Positions 28,271-44,142 of a DNA stretch of 64,000 nt are shown here, piece by piece. The stretch's first letter is position 1; each line of letters opens with the position of its first letter. A program made the translations under genes and the position numbers. The notes beneath the pieces are model-generated. The model saw nothing but the letters and a program-made list of their open reading frames with translations. It had not been told where the DNA came from and did not search any database. Location: assembly GCF_009914755.1 (NCBI RefSeq), contig NC_060938.1, one strand, 5' to 3'. The DNA is from the human T2T-CHM13v2.0 reference genome, Homo sapiens.

Positions 28271-31088
28271 TTTTATTTCTTCCTTCTGTGTGTCCCCAGT
28301 GATGATGTCCTGCACAGAAAAAAATAATCCTAGCAATCCAAGAAACTCTGTTTTTGAGTTCAGGCAAAGAAGAGTATTTTCTGCTGTTACTGCACCAGGT
28401 ACCCAACTGGAAAATGATATGTCTCATATTTTATATTGCTCTCCTATGCTCAAAGATTAAAATGAGATTAATTCTATTTATATCACATGTCACAGTTCTG
28501 GAGGAGGTTATGAGCCTTCCTATTATAGTAATGATATCAGAAAGGGTACAAGATAAGTTTAGTCCTTCATCTTTTAAAAAAATATATCAGTTATGAAGAT
28601 TGTTCGCCACGAAATGAATTCCGTTATATACATTATAAATTATATAGGACATTATAGGGTACCTTACAATACATCTGCGTATTTTCACACAAGGTGAGAT
28701 ATCACTAATTATTAAATGGAACTATGCCACTATGTTTTTCCTTAGCTTTTCAAGGGATAAGCACAAGAATATTCAAGTTATGCAGTGGGTCAAGCCTAAG
28801 AACAAATGGGAAAGCTGATAGAATAAAGAAAGACTCAGGCTAGGTTCTGGACTAGCTGGGACTAACATATAATAAGTCCATAAGTGCAGAATGAACTGGA
28901 TGTGAGGAGTGTGTAACCCTTCTCCATTTCAACGTGCCCACCTTTTGCTTTATTTTTCGCTGAATGCCTCTCAATATAACAATGTAACAACACACTGACA
29001 TCTCATTTAAGTGTCAGAAGCATTATGGTACATGATAGAGGGAACAATCAGCTTTTCTGTGTCCTATTTGATCTTTGACAGTATAAAAATCTGACTTTTT
29101 TCCTGTGGGCAGGTATAGAGGGCGTATATGATAATTTTGTGTACTTTCTGCTCAATTTTTCTGTAAACATAAAACTGCTCTAAAATAGTCTATTAACTTT
29201 GAAAAATCAATTTTAGTATAGAAGCTAAAAAGAAAAAAGAAAAATCAATCCAATGCGCTCAATCTCATAGAAAATATTTGCTACAACCAGTTCGGATTAT
29301 TTCTTACTTTCCTGCCTTGTGTACTCTCTTCAACTTTTTGTGTTGGTGCTTCTTTGGTTTGTGTATTTACTATGCAGCATGCATTATGTAAAGTTTTGCA
29401 TATATTATATAATTTAAGTATACTAACATGAAAGTAGAAATAACTTCTGTTAGGAAAAGAAATATAATAAGTAATTTAAAAGAAAAAGTTTATGGATTGG
29501 ATAGGGTGTGTAGAACTCTCAACTCTGTCATTATTTGAATTATAGTAGAAACGTTAACAAACATCTTAAATTTCAATTTTATCATCTGCTTACAGGAGAT
29601 CATCATGATCATCCTGTCGGCAGTTGTTCCAATTATCGAATAATAAAATATCTTTCAAGGGCTTAGCTCATATTCTAGCACAATGTAAACATTTAATAAA
29701 TTATTATAGGTAAAGAAATGGAGGCCCAGAAAACATAACTAATTTTGCTCATAATCAGAAACCTAGTGCATTAGAGAAAGAACACTGAGTTTTGAAATCC
29801 TAGCTATAAAATTTAAGCCAAATATCTTCAACTTATGATATCACTGATCTATTCTCTTGAATACATATATTGGAAGTAAAAGATGAGCAGCTAGAGAAAA
29901 GTAGAGGAAAAGAGAGAAACCAGGGGAAGCACTTTGAAACCACCAAACATGTATTATCTCTTCAGATATTCAATCACACAGATAGGCATACTCCTTGATG
30001 GCCATTTGTACTAGGGCTGCAGGACTTGATAAAAGAGAACCTACAACAACATTCTGTAACCTTCAATTGATTTGTTGCCCTAGATCTGGTCCGCATCTCT
30101 CTACAAGGTTATAAATGTAATGTTGTTTTCAGCTGTTTCTCCTTGTATTAATGAAATGGAAAATCCTTTCTCTTCTGTCCTGACACAGCCCTGATTATTA
30201 ACTGGAGTCACAATATTTTTCTTTCTATTGTTATACAAACTGTGTGGAAAGTATTCTCTTTATTCTCAAGACTATGATTTAATCCAGTTAGTAAGAGGGA
30301 AGATCAAGATAGTTAGCTTGATTTTTCCATTATTCAGTAGATGGGCCTTTATATAAATGAAGCGGGAGACTGGCAGTTTACTCCTATACTGTGTGAGCTT
30401 CCTTTCATTAAGACCTCGGTGTCTTACAGCTTCTCATGACTCTTCTCTCTCCCACTGTCACCTTCTATAGCAGCAGGCTCTTTCCTGGCAGATCTTAATG
30501 TGGGAATTAAAAAAGGATTGATGTGTCCACATATTACCACAGACAGATTGATAGGGTCAGGCTAGAAAGAATTATGTAGAAAAACTCGGCGATAGAAGCA
30601 AAAGGCAGAATGGGATGTACAGCTGAGCCAGAAAATACAAGGCAAGAAAAGATAACAGAGATCGAATGCCCATAAATGTCCTTATTTCTGTGCTAGGGCT
30701 CTGTGACTGCAGGTACAACAGAGAACACATGAGATCCTAAGGAAAGAGTGTATGTACGGGCGTTGGAGGCCTGTGAGTACCATCAGAACTTCCTGAGTTT
30801 CTTCCAAATGTCCTTTCTTCAGTAGGTATATCTCTGAAGCACCTGTGTGTTGAATGAAGAATTACCTAAAGGGCTGAATCTTTCTCTTCTTACCTTTTCT
30901 CTAGTCAGTGCCAGACTTTAGGGCATGTGTCCTCTGGGATCACAGACCTCATTGAAAACAAATCCCAGTATCCCAGTATGGCTTCCATTCTAGTGGGAAT
31001 GGGAAGGCAGGCCCCCGTTGTGCTCCTCTCCTGGGGATGAATGTTCACTGAGGTTCTGCAGTACCTCTATGCCATGGCTCTCCTTTAG

Positions 31089-31385
31089 TCCTGGAAACAG
31101 CATTCAGACTCCAGTCCGTCATAGCAGTCACTCAGGATCTTACAGCCAGCTCAGCAACAAACAAAAACATAGTCTGGGGCTCATAGCATCCCTTCCAAAG
31201 ACTAGATTTTCTGATTTCAGGTACAAGATTCTTGTGACAAATGACAGAAACAATTTGTCAATTCTTCCGAACAGAAGGTCCAGCAACCTGAACCTCCCAG
31301 GGTGGACCAGAGAGATGCTGTTGTATATGACTATGCTCTGAGAGGGATGAGAGTGACAAATGAGGCTGCTACCGTGTGATAGCCC
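31089..31385 (+). pseudogene. Decayed TRAV4/TRAV26-like V relic
   Basis: Across frameshifts: ATNKNIVW...DFLISG/YKILVTNDRNNLSILPNRRSSNLNLP/RDAVVYDYALR (cf. TRAV26-1 [34 protein letters not shown]); downstream gacaaatgaggctgctaccgtg resembles the TRAV26-1 RSS spacer gacagatggggctgcacctgtg. Confidence 0.8.
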
Positions 31386-32537
31386 TATGACAAAAATGAA
31401 AAGGATGGCAGCCTTGGAAGCCAGTTGAAGGAAACATACATAAAACACACTAGCAAGAACAGAATGCTTACTCTTTCTTTTTGATAAGAAAGCCCATCTG
31501 TCATATGCTTCCTTGGTCTAGGGACCAGGTTACAATAATAATGATGATGATATTAAAATATATCATTTAATATCATTTTCATTAGTAATAAATAAAAAAG
31601 ATCAAGTAAGTAAGCACGAAATTCAAGTAATTAGAAGAAAGAAATAAATCTAAGGAAATCATGAAAATGGTACAGATAAATGTATAAGCATAACTAAATT
31701 ATGAGAAAAAAGAAAAAATAGAATTGGACAATTTTTTAAAAATTGAATCATGAAAAAATTAGATTAACTCTTCTTTTATTGAAGTAATTATTCAAAAAAG
31801 AGAGAACCTATGTAATAGGTATTATACAGGTGTATAGATACATTTATATATACATTATATAGTTTTCTATCACTTTGTTATCTTAATTTATGTTTTAGTC
31901 CTCCGTGTGTTTCTTCTTCCTTCACCTGTTTTCAAGCAGGTGGTGTCTCTGTGCTTCAACATGTAAGTGATGATGCCTGGGAATACAGAAAGCTGTGTTT
32001 GCCTGTAGAGTCTTCTGGCTTGTTTTGAAAAATCTAATTTCTTTCAGGAATAATAGGGTTTATGGAAGTGGGAGAGGTGGAAGGAGGTTTTTTGGTATAA
32101 ATAGAAGAGAGAATGGCTTTTCCAGGAGAGAATAAAGGGGTCTGTGCGTCCTGGGCAGCAGGGAACAGGTCGTTGTTTCTTGACAACTCTCTGAGAATTA
32201 GTAAGACCCAAGAGTGGGATGGCTGTTTGATAATTAGAAAGAGTTCCCAGGCTTGCAAAAGATTTTGGGGACTCCATAAACCTGAAAACCAGAAATCTTC
32301 CACTTAGAATACACACCTAACATGAATAGTTCATAACATATTGGATAAGAAGGCTATGTTTGTGATTCCACTCACAGACCATAGTGATACCATTTATAGT
32401 TAAATTGGCTTGTGAGAACGATTACTAGGCAAAGAATAGAACTTGTCTTGGTTGTCTTTATAATCACATACACAGGTCTGTCTCTTTGAAGCATTAGATC
32501 TCAACAGTTCTTAAGTTTGGATATTGGGCTGGGACAG

Positions 32538-33026
32538 ATGAAGAAGACCTGGGGATCCCTCAGTTCAGCTCTCATGGCTTCACATTGGATGTGAGCACAG
32601 AGGCTGTCAAAGACTTTTCCCAACAGGCTAAGGGATAGGGCAAACAGTCACGCTCATTGTGGATTACTCAGAATTCCCTATGAGAAAGGCATAAAAAGGT
32701 TGTAAATTCGGTAGTAATCCTGAATTTACAATCTTATGCAGTTCTGCCCATCAACAGGGAGCAGACTTCGTGATCTCTGCACGCCAAAGGGGGAAAGAAG
32801 ATCAAAGCTTCTTTTCATGCTTTAACAGGTATTAGCAAAATTCTGAGAAGGATTGCCAATATCCTGTTCATAATGAATCTAAACTGGAGTGAAAAGGAAG
32901 AGGTAAGAGCTCTCCTTACTAATAAGGAGGCAGAGCTTCCTCCACCCTTCAGTCTTCCAGCCTGAGGCTCAGCCACCTACCTCTGTGTGCTATGTTCTTT
33001 TGGCACCTGCAGCCTGTCCCCAGTGG
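32538..33026 (+). pseudogene. Decayed TRAV24-like V relic (leader 32538-32590, V remnant from 32758)
   Basis: atgaagaag...tggcttcacattggat|gtgagc leader and donor; caacag acceptor; ILFIMNLN..SEKEE..QPE..SATYLC; RSS remnant tgctatg + 23 nt (ttcttttggcacctgcagcctgt) + ccccagtgg. Confidence 0.85.
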
Positions 33027-34016
33027 TGCTGCTGGGCTTATGGCTCCCAGTGTCAAGGCAGCAAACTTATTCTCAACAGGTGTATAGGGAAAGGCAAACT
33101 CAGTGAATCAAATATTTTTAATATTCTGAAAAAATGATCTGGAAATACAAACATATAACATTTAATAAATATTATTTATAAATCATATGAACCATTATCA
33201 ACTTCTCTTCCTCTGCCTCAGCCATGTCAGTAACTCAGTTACTCTCTCTTATTTCTTGGCATTATATGATACTCGAGATTATTCAAGTGTATACATTGGC
33301 CTATAGTAGTTGCTTTTCTGTTTCTATCCCCTAAATATTGGTTATATTATCTTATTTTTTGCTCCTACATGAATGGGACCTACAATATAAGCAGTCCCCA
33401 CATACACACACACTTGTGCTTAAATCTCAATAATCTCCTACTAGTGAATGCAGTGCAGGTCTCTTTAATTTATGGTTACTTTTTTCCAGTTTCTTCCATT
33501 TCAACAATGTGCACATTTTGTTTTTTGTGCCACCTCACAATTTTTCTTTCCTGACTCTTTGTTTCCTTGAGAGGATCAGGCAAGAGGAAACTGACTTCTC
33601 TCATCTATCCATACCCACTCTGTGATCTTAGATAGGCTTCTTCCTCTATCATATGGAGACAATTTTACCTACTCTACCTCTTACAGGATTATTCTGAATT
33701 ATCTTCCAAAATGAAGATTTCTTTGCATCAAATAATATAGAACTAGGAAAGAATTATATATATGATGAGATGAGCCTCATTGTATGGGTGAAGTAAAATG
33801 TGGACTATTTCTGAAATGGATTGTATATTAAATTGCAATCTGGTTAGAGGTTTAAATCACTAAAGAGGTAGTTATTCATATAAAACTGACTTAGATTTGC
33901 TTTGATAAATTAATCAGGAACACAGACCAGTTAATTAATTTATAGCACCTGTTAACATCCAAAGAAATTAAACCTTTCTTCTCAAAATTAAGCTCTAACC
34001 ATTTACACTATAGTCA

Positions 34017-34347
<331 letters not shown>

Positions 34348-34724
34348 TTAGGATTATGTAAAGCTACTAATTGGCTTACAGAAACTGACTAAAATAGGAG
34401 GTCTTTTCCTTGGAAGGAAAAGATGTAATAATCTCAGTTTTGGATAAAATTGGGTAGAACAGATTTCCCTACGGTGGTTAAAGGGATAAAAACACAAGAT
34501 ATCCCCAGCATCTACATTACAGACTTCAATGAAGGAAGTAAAAATATCTCAATAGTTGAGTTGAGGAAGTGGGTCAAGGATATGAATATCCACAGATGCT
34601 GACAAGGGAAATATATGTTATATTCATAAAATTCAAGTAATTAAGATAGGTAAGTATACATGTCCACTTAGGTTAGATGTTAATTCTTAATAAGTAACAT
34701 AATGATCTGAGGCTGTTTGTGTGC

Positions 34725-35100
34725 CACTTCTACATCTCAAACTTCGATGTGGATCCCCTGGAGATCTTGTTAAAGTACAGATTATGATTCAGTAGGGTCT
34801 GAAATTCTGCATTTCTAATAAGCTCCAAGGTCATATTGAAGCCGCTATTCTGCTGAGCAAGGTTTCCACTATCTGAGAGGCAGTATTCCACAGGACCTAA
34901 GTGGGTCCACTCTTTAGCCACACTGCCTAGATTAGAAGACTGGCTCTGCCCGCTTACTAACTATATGATTATGGGAAGATTAATGAACTTCTCTGTGTCT
35001 CAGTTTCTTCATTTGAAAAATGAGAATAATGTTAACTTCCTCCAGTGATGTTGTGAAGAATAAATGTGTTGATTTATATGAAGTGTTTAGAAAAGTCAAC
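34725..35100. mobile_element. MER5-type DNA transposon followed by a MIR
   Basis: cctggagatcttgttaaa...attctgcatttctaataagctcc; then tctctgtgtctcagtttcttcatttgaaaaatgag (MIR core). Confidence 0.7.
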
Positions 35101-36560
35101 AACATTGTTAATTGTACATATTGTTTGTCAAGCTTGCCATATCAAAAATATCTATGTGTTTTTGACTACTAAATACCTGTGTGTTTTTGATTGGTATTTA
35201 ATTGGCTACTTGTGTACTAGTTGTTTAAAAAGGGACAAGGTGACTAATTATTGAGTTTTACATAGTTGTTACACTTCTTCACATAACCCTTGTCACAGAA
35301 CAATATAGTCATATATTCTGGGCATTTTTCACTTAGGATGAGTGTGGCTGATGAGGCTGATGTATTCTTGGATTTTTCTAGGTGATGATTCATCTGGGCT
35401 GGGCCTTTCATTAGGGCCTGTTGAGAAAGAATTGAAGTAGTAAAGTTGAGCTTCAGGGAATCCTCTAAATAGATTGGTTGAAACACAGTCTGGTTTATAT
35501 ACATAATCTCAATGAAGCCTCAAGACATCCTTGTGGCATAAGTAATATAAGCCCCATTCAACTCATTAGAAAACTATTACAGGCGTGGGTTAAGTAAATT
35601 GTTTGATGTGACCTAGCCAGTAAATGGCAATGATGGAGTATTAATATAAGTATATCTGAATCCGGTATCAAGTCATTTAGGCAGAATTCACCACTTCTCT
35701 ACGAAAAGTGTTAAGTGTTAAAAATATTTCTGAAAGTTTTCTCTTGTATCCAAACTTTTTTATATTCAGTATTCTATTTGTCCTGGTGATCCTGAGCTCC
35801 CTTGAGGACATTGGTGGCACTAAGGGGAGGCTTACACAGAACTGGTGCCTTGAACTCAGTTTCCCCTCACCACCCTTATCACACTGGAGGCTACCCAGGG
35901 TGGACTCAGAGTGGAAGGAGAATTGTTCATGTGGACCACAGGCTCTCACCGTGGAATGATTCTGGAGGACTTGATAGTGTGGCTAGAGGTTCTATTTTAA
36001 GCTCTGAGAAATGTGGAAAATCTCCTGGGGAGGTCAACAGTTGACCCTGGCCCTTTCCTCTCTGGTGCAACCTCCAAAGGGCTATTCTATTTCTCTCACT
36101 GAGCTCTACTTTATGTGTAAAGGCAGGTTGGATAGTTTCCAAATCTTTGTTGGGATGCCCCTCTAAACCTTGGATAAAGTCTTTCCCTGTGGCCCCATTG
36201 TTAGCAGTTATTACATGTCCAATGTTTGCCTGTAATGCTGCTACAGGTCTTTTTTGACACATTAGTTTTGAAAATTGTTTTTGACAGCAGCTCTTTTGGA
36301 CACTAAGGACCTGGAAGGCAGAGACCTTATCTTGTCTCATTTATATCCCCCAAATCTAGTACATGGCCTGAAACTGTGTTTATTAAATGAAGAATGTGTT
36401 GGAAAATTAGATTCTGGAGAAAGGCTTGCTTAGAATATTTTAATCAGAAATGAACTTTGTACTTTTTCGCCTATACTCCTACGGAGCCACATTTTTTCTA
36501 ATTATATACCAAGAGGGATAATGGTACAGTTTGAGTGTGAGTGTTTTTATTTTCTTTTTT

Positions 36561-36676
36561 ATATATTGATAACAAACTTTTTTTATAATGGGCATATTTG
36601 GGGTAGAATATTTTCTTTTTAATATATTGATAAACTTTTTTTATAATGGGCACATTTGGGATAGAATATACTTCTA
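36561..36676. repeat. Imperfect tandem duplication, unit about 60 bp
   Basis: atatattgataa...actttttttataatgggca(t/c)atttggg(g/a)tagaata twice. Confidence 0.85.
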
Positions 36677-39080
36677 TCCCAAATGAACATGAAACAAGCA
36701 AAACATTTCTTCAATAACTGACCAAAGATGATAGGGATTCCACTTCACCTTAGAATATGAATAGCTAAATAGTGTGACTTAATTGTGTCATATATTATGA
36801 ATAACAGAGTTCATGAGAAAATGAGCTATATTTTCATATATTTGACGGAGCAGAATATGGCAGTGAAAGAGCAAAATCTCTTTCATCTGGATATTCATCA
36901 TCCCAAACCAAATCTTCATTAAACTTGGGTGCTAGAGCTACTAGGAAAGCTCTTGGGAGTCTTCTTTGAGACTTTGCGGTGTGGCTTCTGATGAACTGTT
37001 AATTTGGAGACTTGCATAAATGTAAATAAAGTGGCATTAGGACAGTCCTCAAAAGCCAAAAGATGGAAGAGTGCAACCAAACCTGGCTCATTTGCAATTG
37101 CAGTGATGCCTTGTGGAAATAAAATTAATATCTGGGGTACAGTGGCTTTAAAGCAAGATCCTAGATCACTCTAAATAGCTGTGAATCAGGAAAAAAAAAA
37201 AGTTTCCGGTTGCTGGATATTCTAGATCTTCATTTCTAGATTCCAATTATTTAAGAGACCACAGAGCCTTTGTCACCAGGACAGAGTCATTTGCTCTGAT
37301 AAAGGGGAACAAGATCTTACAAAGAACATTGTTGATGTGAACAACTAGTTTACTGAAGACAAGTCCTTCAACACAAAAAGAAACAAGAAAAAGAGAAGGG
37401 ACAAGCAAATTGTTATCGTTCAGTCACTCCTTTTCAATCCACTTGTTACTATCCTGATCCAGGTTCTCATTATTTCTCACCTGGCTAATTGGAATAGCTT
37501 CTTAAGTATATCCTCTACCACTTAGTTCATGCCTCTCCAATCTGTTACCACCTCTGGAGTTGTCCTGCTAAAACACATGTGTAACTAGATTACTAACCTA
37601 TTTCAGGACCTTCCACAGCTCTTCATTACCCAAAAGTAAAACTCAAGGTTTATTTGGCCATCTACACCACTACTCCCCGTAACTTTTTATCCTCATTCCT
37701 ATCATTACCTCCATGATCTCTGAACTTCAGCCCATCAGATGACCTCACTCTAACACCTCCTTCTTTTATATGTTATTTCTTCATAAACTTGGCAAAACTC
37801 TACGCAATCATAAAGGCCCAGTAAACATGATACCTTTAAAAAAAAGATTTTTCCAAGAGGTGCCTCTACTTCATTATATCCTTCAGGCCAATTCATGACT
37901 ATATTTCCTTTTCTTATACCCAGTAGTTCTTACTTAGAATAGAACCCCAGGAGGAAGATATGACTCCAGCCACACTGTTCTGAATTCCATCCTTTTTATA
38001 AGGATGAAATCCAGAACAGAAAAATTCTGTGGCAGAATTTTTCTTCTGACTGAAACTGCAAGGAGATTCAAGCACTAAAAAAGATCATTCCATATTCCCA
38101 ATCAGTATAATGACAACGATAGTTAATCCCAGTGTCAAGGAAATTTTCTTCTCATTTCCATCTTGAAGCTAAATCGTTATTCTACTTTTCAGATAAAAGC
38201 ATATTATATCTAAAGGGCTCGGGTTATGGGATTCCTCAAAGAAGCAGTCAATAGCTTGTAATCCTTGAGCAGCTCTTTTCTTGTTCCCATGAGCCCCACA
38301 GGCTGACCCCCTCTATTTTAAGCCCCTCAAGGAATCTGGATTCCCACATACCCACTTACAGGTAAAATTTTTAAAAAGAAAATGCATATGCATTGTATTT
38401 TCCCATTTAAGATATTAACAAATAGTCATATGGCCAATCTGACTATCTTTACTAATGACTGTATGCAATGGCTGAAACAATCCTCTCGGTACACAAGATT
38501 TTGTGATATTTGAATACATACTATACTCACACCACAACATCTATATCCTTAAATCACTATACCAATGCACAAACAGTTTACATATCAATTCATGATTATG
38601 TGTTCACATCTTTCTGTCTAGTAACTGCTGGGGTTACAAGAGTGAAAAAAAAAGCACAACCTTTTCCACAAGGAACTTGTAGATGAGCCCAACAAGTGCA
38701 ATTACCAGATAGTGTGATGAGGGCTTTGATAAGCATGAACCAGGGATCTAATAACAGAGTAATGCAGTAGAATATCAAAAAAGTATTCTAAATTAAATAA
38801 TCTACAACAGAATTGTTCATCTTTAATTTAGTAAAAATAGGTTTATGACACTCATGCTCTATGGCCCTGTAAATGTAGCATCATTTCACACCACATATGC
38901 CCCCTACTACAGTTACAGTTACTCAGATACTACATGGCTCAGCACGCTTGTTGAGGATATCAGAAATGATAAGATGGTACTTTCATTATTTTCTATTATT
39001 CTTTTATTCTGGCTTTTAAATGATCAATGTTTAAAAGGATATATTTTCCATTTTTTTTAATAAGGTCACAATACTCTTTC

Positions 39081-39595
39081 TGTAACCGGACCCCAGTCCA
39101 GCTGCTCTCCACTTGAAAGCCAAACAGAGAGCCGAGGGTAGATGGGAAAAGCAGGTTTAATATGAGAGCCAGCAAACTGAGAAGATGGCAAACTAGCATT
39201 CTAAAGTACCATTTTACATTTTTAAATTCACCATGAGATTTTAAAAATGAAACATAGGATGGGAGACATGCAGGAATTCTGCAGGGTGCAGGGTTTGTGT
39301 GTCTTGTTCTCGAGGCTGTATTGGGTAATTGTGCCTCTGGGGGTCTGGAAGTTGTTATCTTGACTTCGGCCTGGTGGTGGTGGACAAATTGTTCACAAGT
39401 CCCCCTAAGCTTGATGATGCCTCAATGGGGACTGCGTGGTTTGTTTCTAGGTTTGACTCTGGGATTTCTTAAGCAAGAGAATAATTAGACAAGCATGCAT
39501 TACTGGCAAGGAGTGTCCAGAGGGGAAGAAATGAAGGGATGAGAGGGGAGGGAAGGGAAGGAAGAAAAAGAAAGTGGGTGAGGTCCCCAGTTACA
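39081..39595 (-). mobile_element. Solo LTR (ERV1-like) directly upstream of TRAV27
   Basis: Inverted termini tgtaac...gttaca and 4-bp TSD TTTC on both sides; family not identified, strand tentative. Confidence 0.8.
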
Positions 39596-39682
39596 TTTCT
39601 ACTTTAATCTTGATATTTATGCCTACCAAATGCAATTGGGAGAAACAGAGCATTATTGGAAATAAATCACTTTTCTATCTCT

Positions 39683-39741
39683 CCACAGGAGGGTAGTATT
39701 TCAAAAGGCAACATACATTTTGGGTTGGAGGAAGGGGCGGG
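39683..39741 (+). promoter_or_regulatory. TRAV27 promoter motifs: degenerate CTCF-like site, ETS and GC box
   Basis: CCACAGGAGGGTAGT (39683-39697), GAGGAAG, GGGGCGGG (39734-39741). Confidence 0.45.
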
Positions 39742-39912
39742 TGGAGAGTGAATGATTCCATTGGCTGCCACACTGAGGCTCCTGGCTTTCTATGGAACTC
39801 AAAGTGGGTGGCAGCAAGCACTCTTCTAGCCCAGAGAAGTCTGTTCCAGGACGGGCTCTTTCAGGAGCAGCTAAAGTCAGGGGCCATGTCCACCATGTGA
39901 TAGAAAGACAAG

Positions 39913-40493
<581 letters not shown>

Positions 40494-40787
40494 CTGCTGC
40501 CAGCCCCAGTCACGAGGCTGCCACATGCCTCCAGCTCCGCCTCGCACAGCTTATGGCATGAATAGAGAGAACAACCTCAGCCCCTCATGGAACCATTTCT
40601 GCTGCCTTTCCAGAAAACATTTTCCACACACACTGGAGGACAAGACCCCTCTGCTATAACACAAATATCTGGAAATGCAGCCTGCTATTAGGATCATTAA
40701 CGATATGGGCCTGCAACTCCCCGGGGTAGGCAGTAGCAAAGAGAGTCGATATAGAGGGACAAATGGAAGCTATCAGACAGACTGTTT

Positions 40788-41060
40788 CTGAGTGTTCCAC
40801 CCCTGTGTAGAAACAAAGCAGAAGGCACCAGGGAAGGGAGCTAGGGATTCTTTCCCAACCTGAAATGAGTTTTTCTCCCTCCTTCCACCTTTCTCACCCC
40901 CTCATTCTCTCTTTCTTCCTTCTTTCATTAATTCTTCCTTTCATAGTTGGCATCAGGGATTTTCCATCTCTTTAGGATTTTCTGTTAATTTAAATGGGAA
41001 CGCCTTCAGCTCTCATGCTAATTGAATCCAAAGGATCAACATGGAGAATTTCAGAATACT
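40788..41060 (-). pseudogene. Inverted, truncated TRAV27-like leader, intron and start of V exon
   Basis: Reverse complement reads agtattctgaaattctccatgttgatcctttggattcaattagcat|gagagc...catttcaggttgggaaagaatccct...gtttctacacag|gggtgg, colinear with TRAV27 39913-40180. Confidence 0.92.
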
Positions 41061-41894
41061 TCATGGTTCAGATTGGTCATTCCGTTTTCCAGAAGACCAC
41101 ACCCAGGAATGTTCAGTACAATGGGGCAGAAATGGATGGTTTCCCAGCTTTCTTGTAGTACTCCAGAGATGATGAAGCTGCTATCTTTCCAGACTCTTAC
41201 ACTGCAGTAAAATGCAGAAGTATTGTAAAAATTAGAAGAAAGTTACTACCTTTTTGGAAGAAAGATACCGATAGTACACCTCAGTAGCATCCAACTGTGG
41301 TTTCAAAGCAACATCCTAGTTGGTGGTTCTGAAAGTGACCAAACATTAACTACAATGGCCTGTATGTTCATAGGACTGGCTTGGGGAAGAGTCTTTGAAT
41401 GGCAAATGTCAATAACTTCAAGTTTTCAAGCCTGAAGAAGAAAGAAGTTGGCAGTTTCCTCCACATAGCAAGCCCTCCACTGGCCCATTTTCATACTTGA
41501 AGCAGTTGTATTTGTTCTGTAAGGCAAGATGATATAGCAAAATGCACATGAGTTTCTGAGTTTTGAAATCAAAATAACTTAAATTAAAATCTCGTTTTTG
41601 CAATTTTCTAGCTCTGTGTCCCTGGGCAATTATTTATCCTCACCTACATTTCCTTATAAATTAATGTTAGTAAGAACACCTATCTTGCTGAGTTGCTATG
41701 AATTAAATGAGATAAAATACATAAAATTGTCTCAAGTTCCAGGCATAACATGTATACTCAACAAATGTCCTTAAAATAATATTGTTATTTATGGCCATAT
41801 GTAAATGTCACCCCTACTGTGGAATTTTCACTGACTACTTAAGGGGGAATGAGTTATTCTCTGCCTAATACTCTGAGTCCTCACCAGAGGAGTC

Positions 41895-42358
41895 AGGAAG
41901 GCAGACACTGCAAGCTGCCAACCTAATCACAATTCTTTTCTGCCTCCTTATTAACAATGCCCTCAATTTTGATTTGGGCAACAATATGTCCAGCTTTAAA
42001 AAAGCTCAACACTACATTTTACCCTCTCTTGCAGCAAGAGATTGCCATATACATATAGAACAGTTCTGACCAGTGAGATAGGACCAGAAGTTGGATAGGG
42101 CCTTCCCATAATGTTTTTTTCTCTCCTGATACAAGTACACATCTCTCTATCCCTCCTTTTCTCTTTTTAAAACATGGAAGAGATAACTTTACCGTAAAGG
42201 AAAACACATAACTAATCCCCTTTCCTTATCCCATGCCTGGTAGTCTTTTAGATGCCAAGTCAAATCCAGCCCCCAGATTTAATTTTGCATGAAAATTTTT
42301 AATAAACCATTATTTGGTTGAGTTTTCTGTTGCTGCAGCTAAACATAGTTCTAACTAT
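41895..42358 (+). mobile_element. Old MLT1-type LTR
   Basis: ggcagacactg... to gttttctgttgctgcagctaaacatagttctaact, typical MLT1 ends; subfamily uncertain. Confidence 0.55.
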
Positions 42359-42798
42359 AGTAAGATTGACATAAAATGGCTTTATGATTTCTTGTTTCCA
42401 TGTGTAAAGGCAGGAAAAGATATATAAACAAATTACTTTGTTTATACAAACATGGGGACTCCATTTATGTTGATCATATCTGTTTCATAAAGTATTAATA
42501 TTCCTATATTTTTTTATAAAGGAAAAAAACTTCACCTTTCATTTAGAGAGGACTCGTTATTAAATTTCCATAGCAATTTCTTATACTCATGGAAGATTAT
42601 GGAATCCAGATTTCATCCTAAAGTCTTTTAACCACAGACAATTTCCATGCAAATAATAACTATAGTCTTACATTTGTCTTAACTTTATATTCCAAAGGTT
42701 ATTTTTCTTATTTTCTTAACCTTACTCTACCCAGTAATCCATTTTAAAAGCCTCCTCTAAAAACTTTATCACATTAAACTCCTTCATTCTGAAAATTT

Positions 42799-43816
<1,018 letters not shown>

Positions 43817-44142
43817 TAATCACTGGGCTTACATGTCTCTTCCTGAAAAGCACCATGACACTATGAAAAGAGCAAGGGTTTCTAAAGGCTCTGTCCCTTA
43901 TTGGCTGTGTAAATTTGGGAATATTATATTAACTTCATGAGCATCAATTTCCTGATAAGTACTGCAGGAAGTAAGAATAAATACTTAATTTACAGTATTA
44001 TTGTGAAGATTAGCAATGTTTTGGTAACTGCCTAGCATAATGGACTTACAAATTAAAAAATTGAAAGTGGGAACCACGGCTTCCACAAGGTACACTCAAA
44101 ACCTCATTTGTGTCCTGATATATGTTTTGAGCCAGGAATATG

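Noticed and set aside
28299-28360. Box C-like GTGATGA suggesting a C/D snoRNA
   Set aside because: No box D CTGA or terminal stem at a suitable distance
27737-28460. Endonuclease-like and hydrophobic ORFs
   Set aside because: Decayed L1 ORF2 endonuclease region and its antisense frames
35677-36340. Cluster of overlapping ORFs of 80-137 aa
   Set aside because: No V-domain motifs, RSS or recognisable homology
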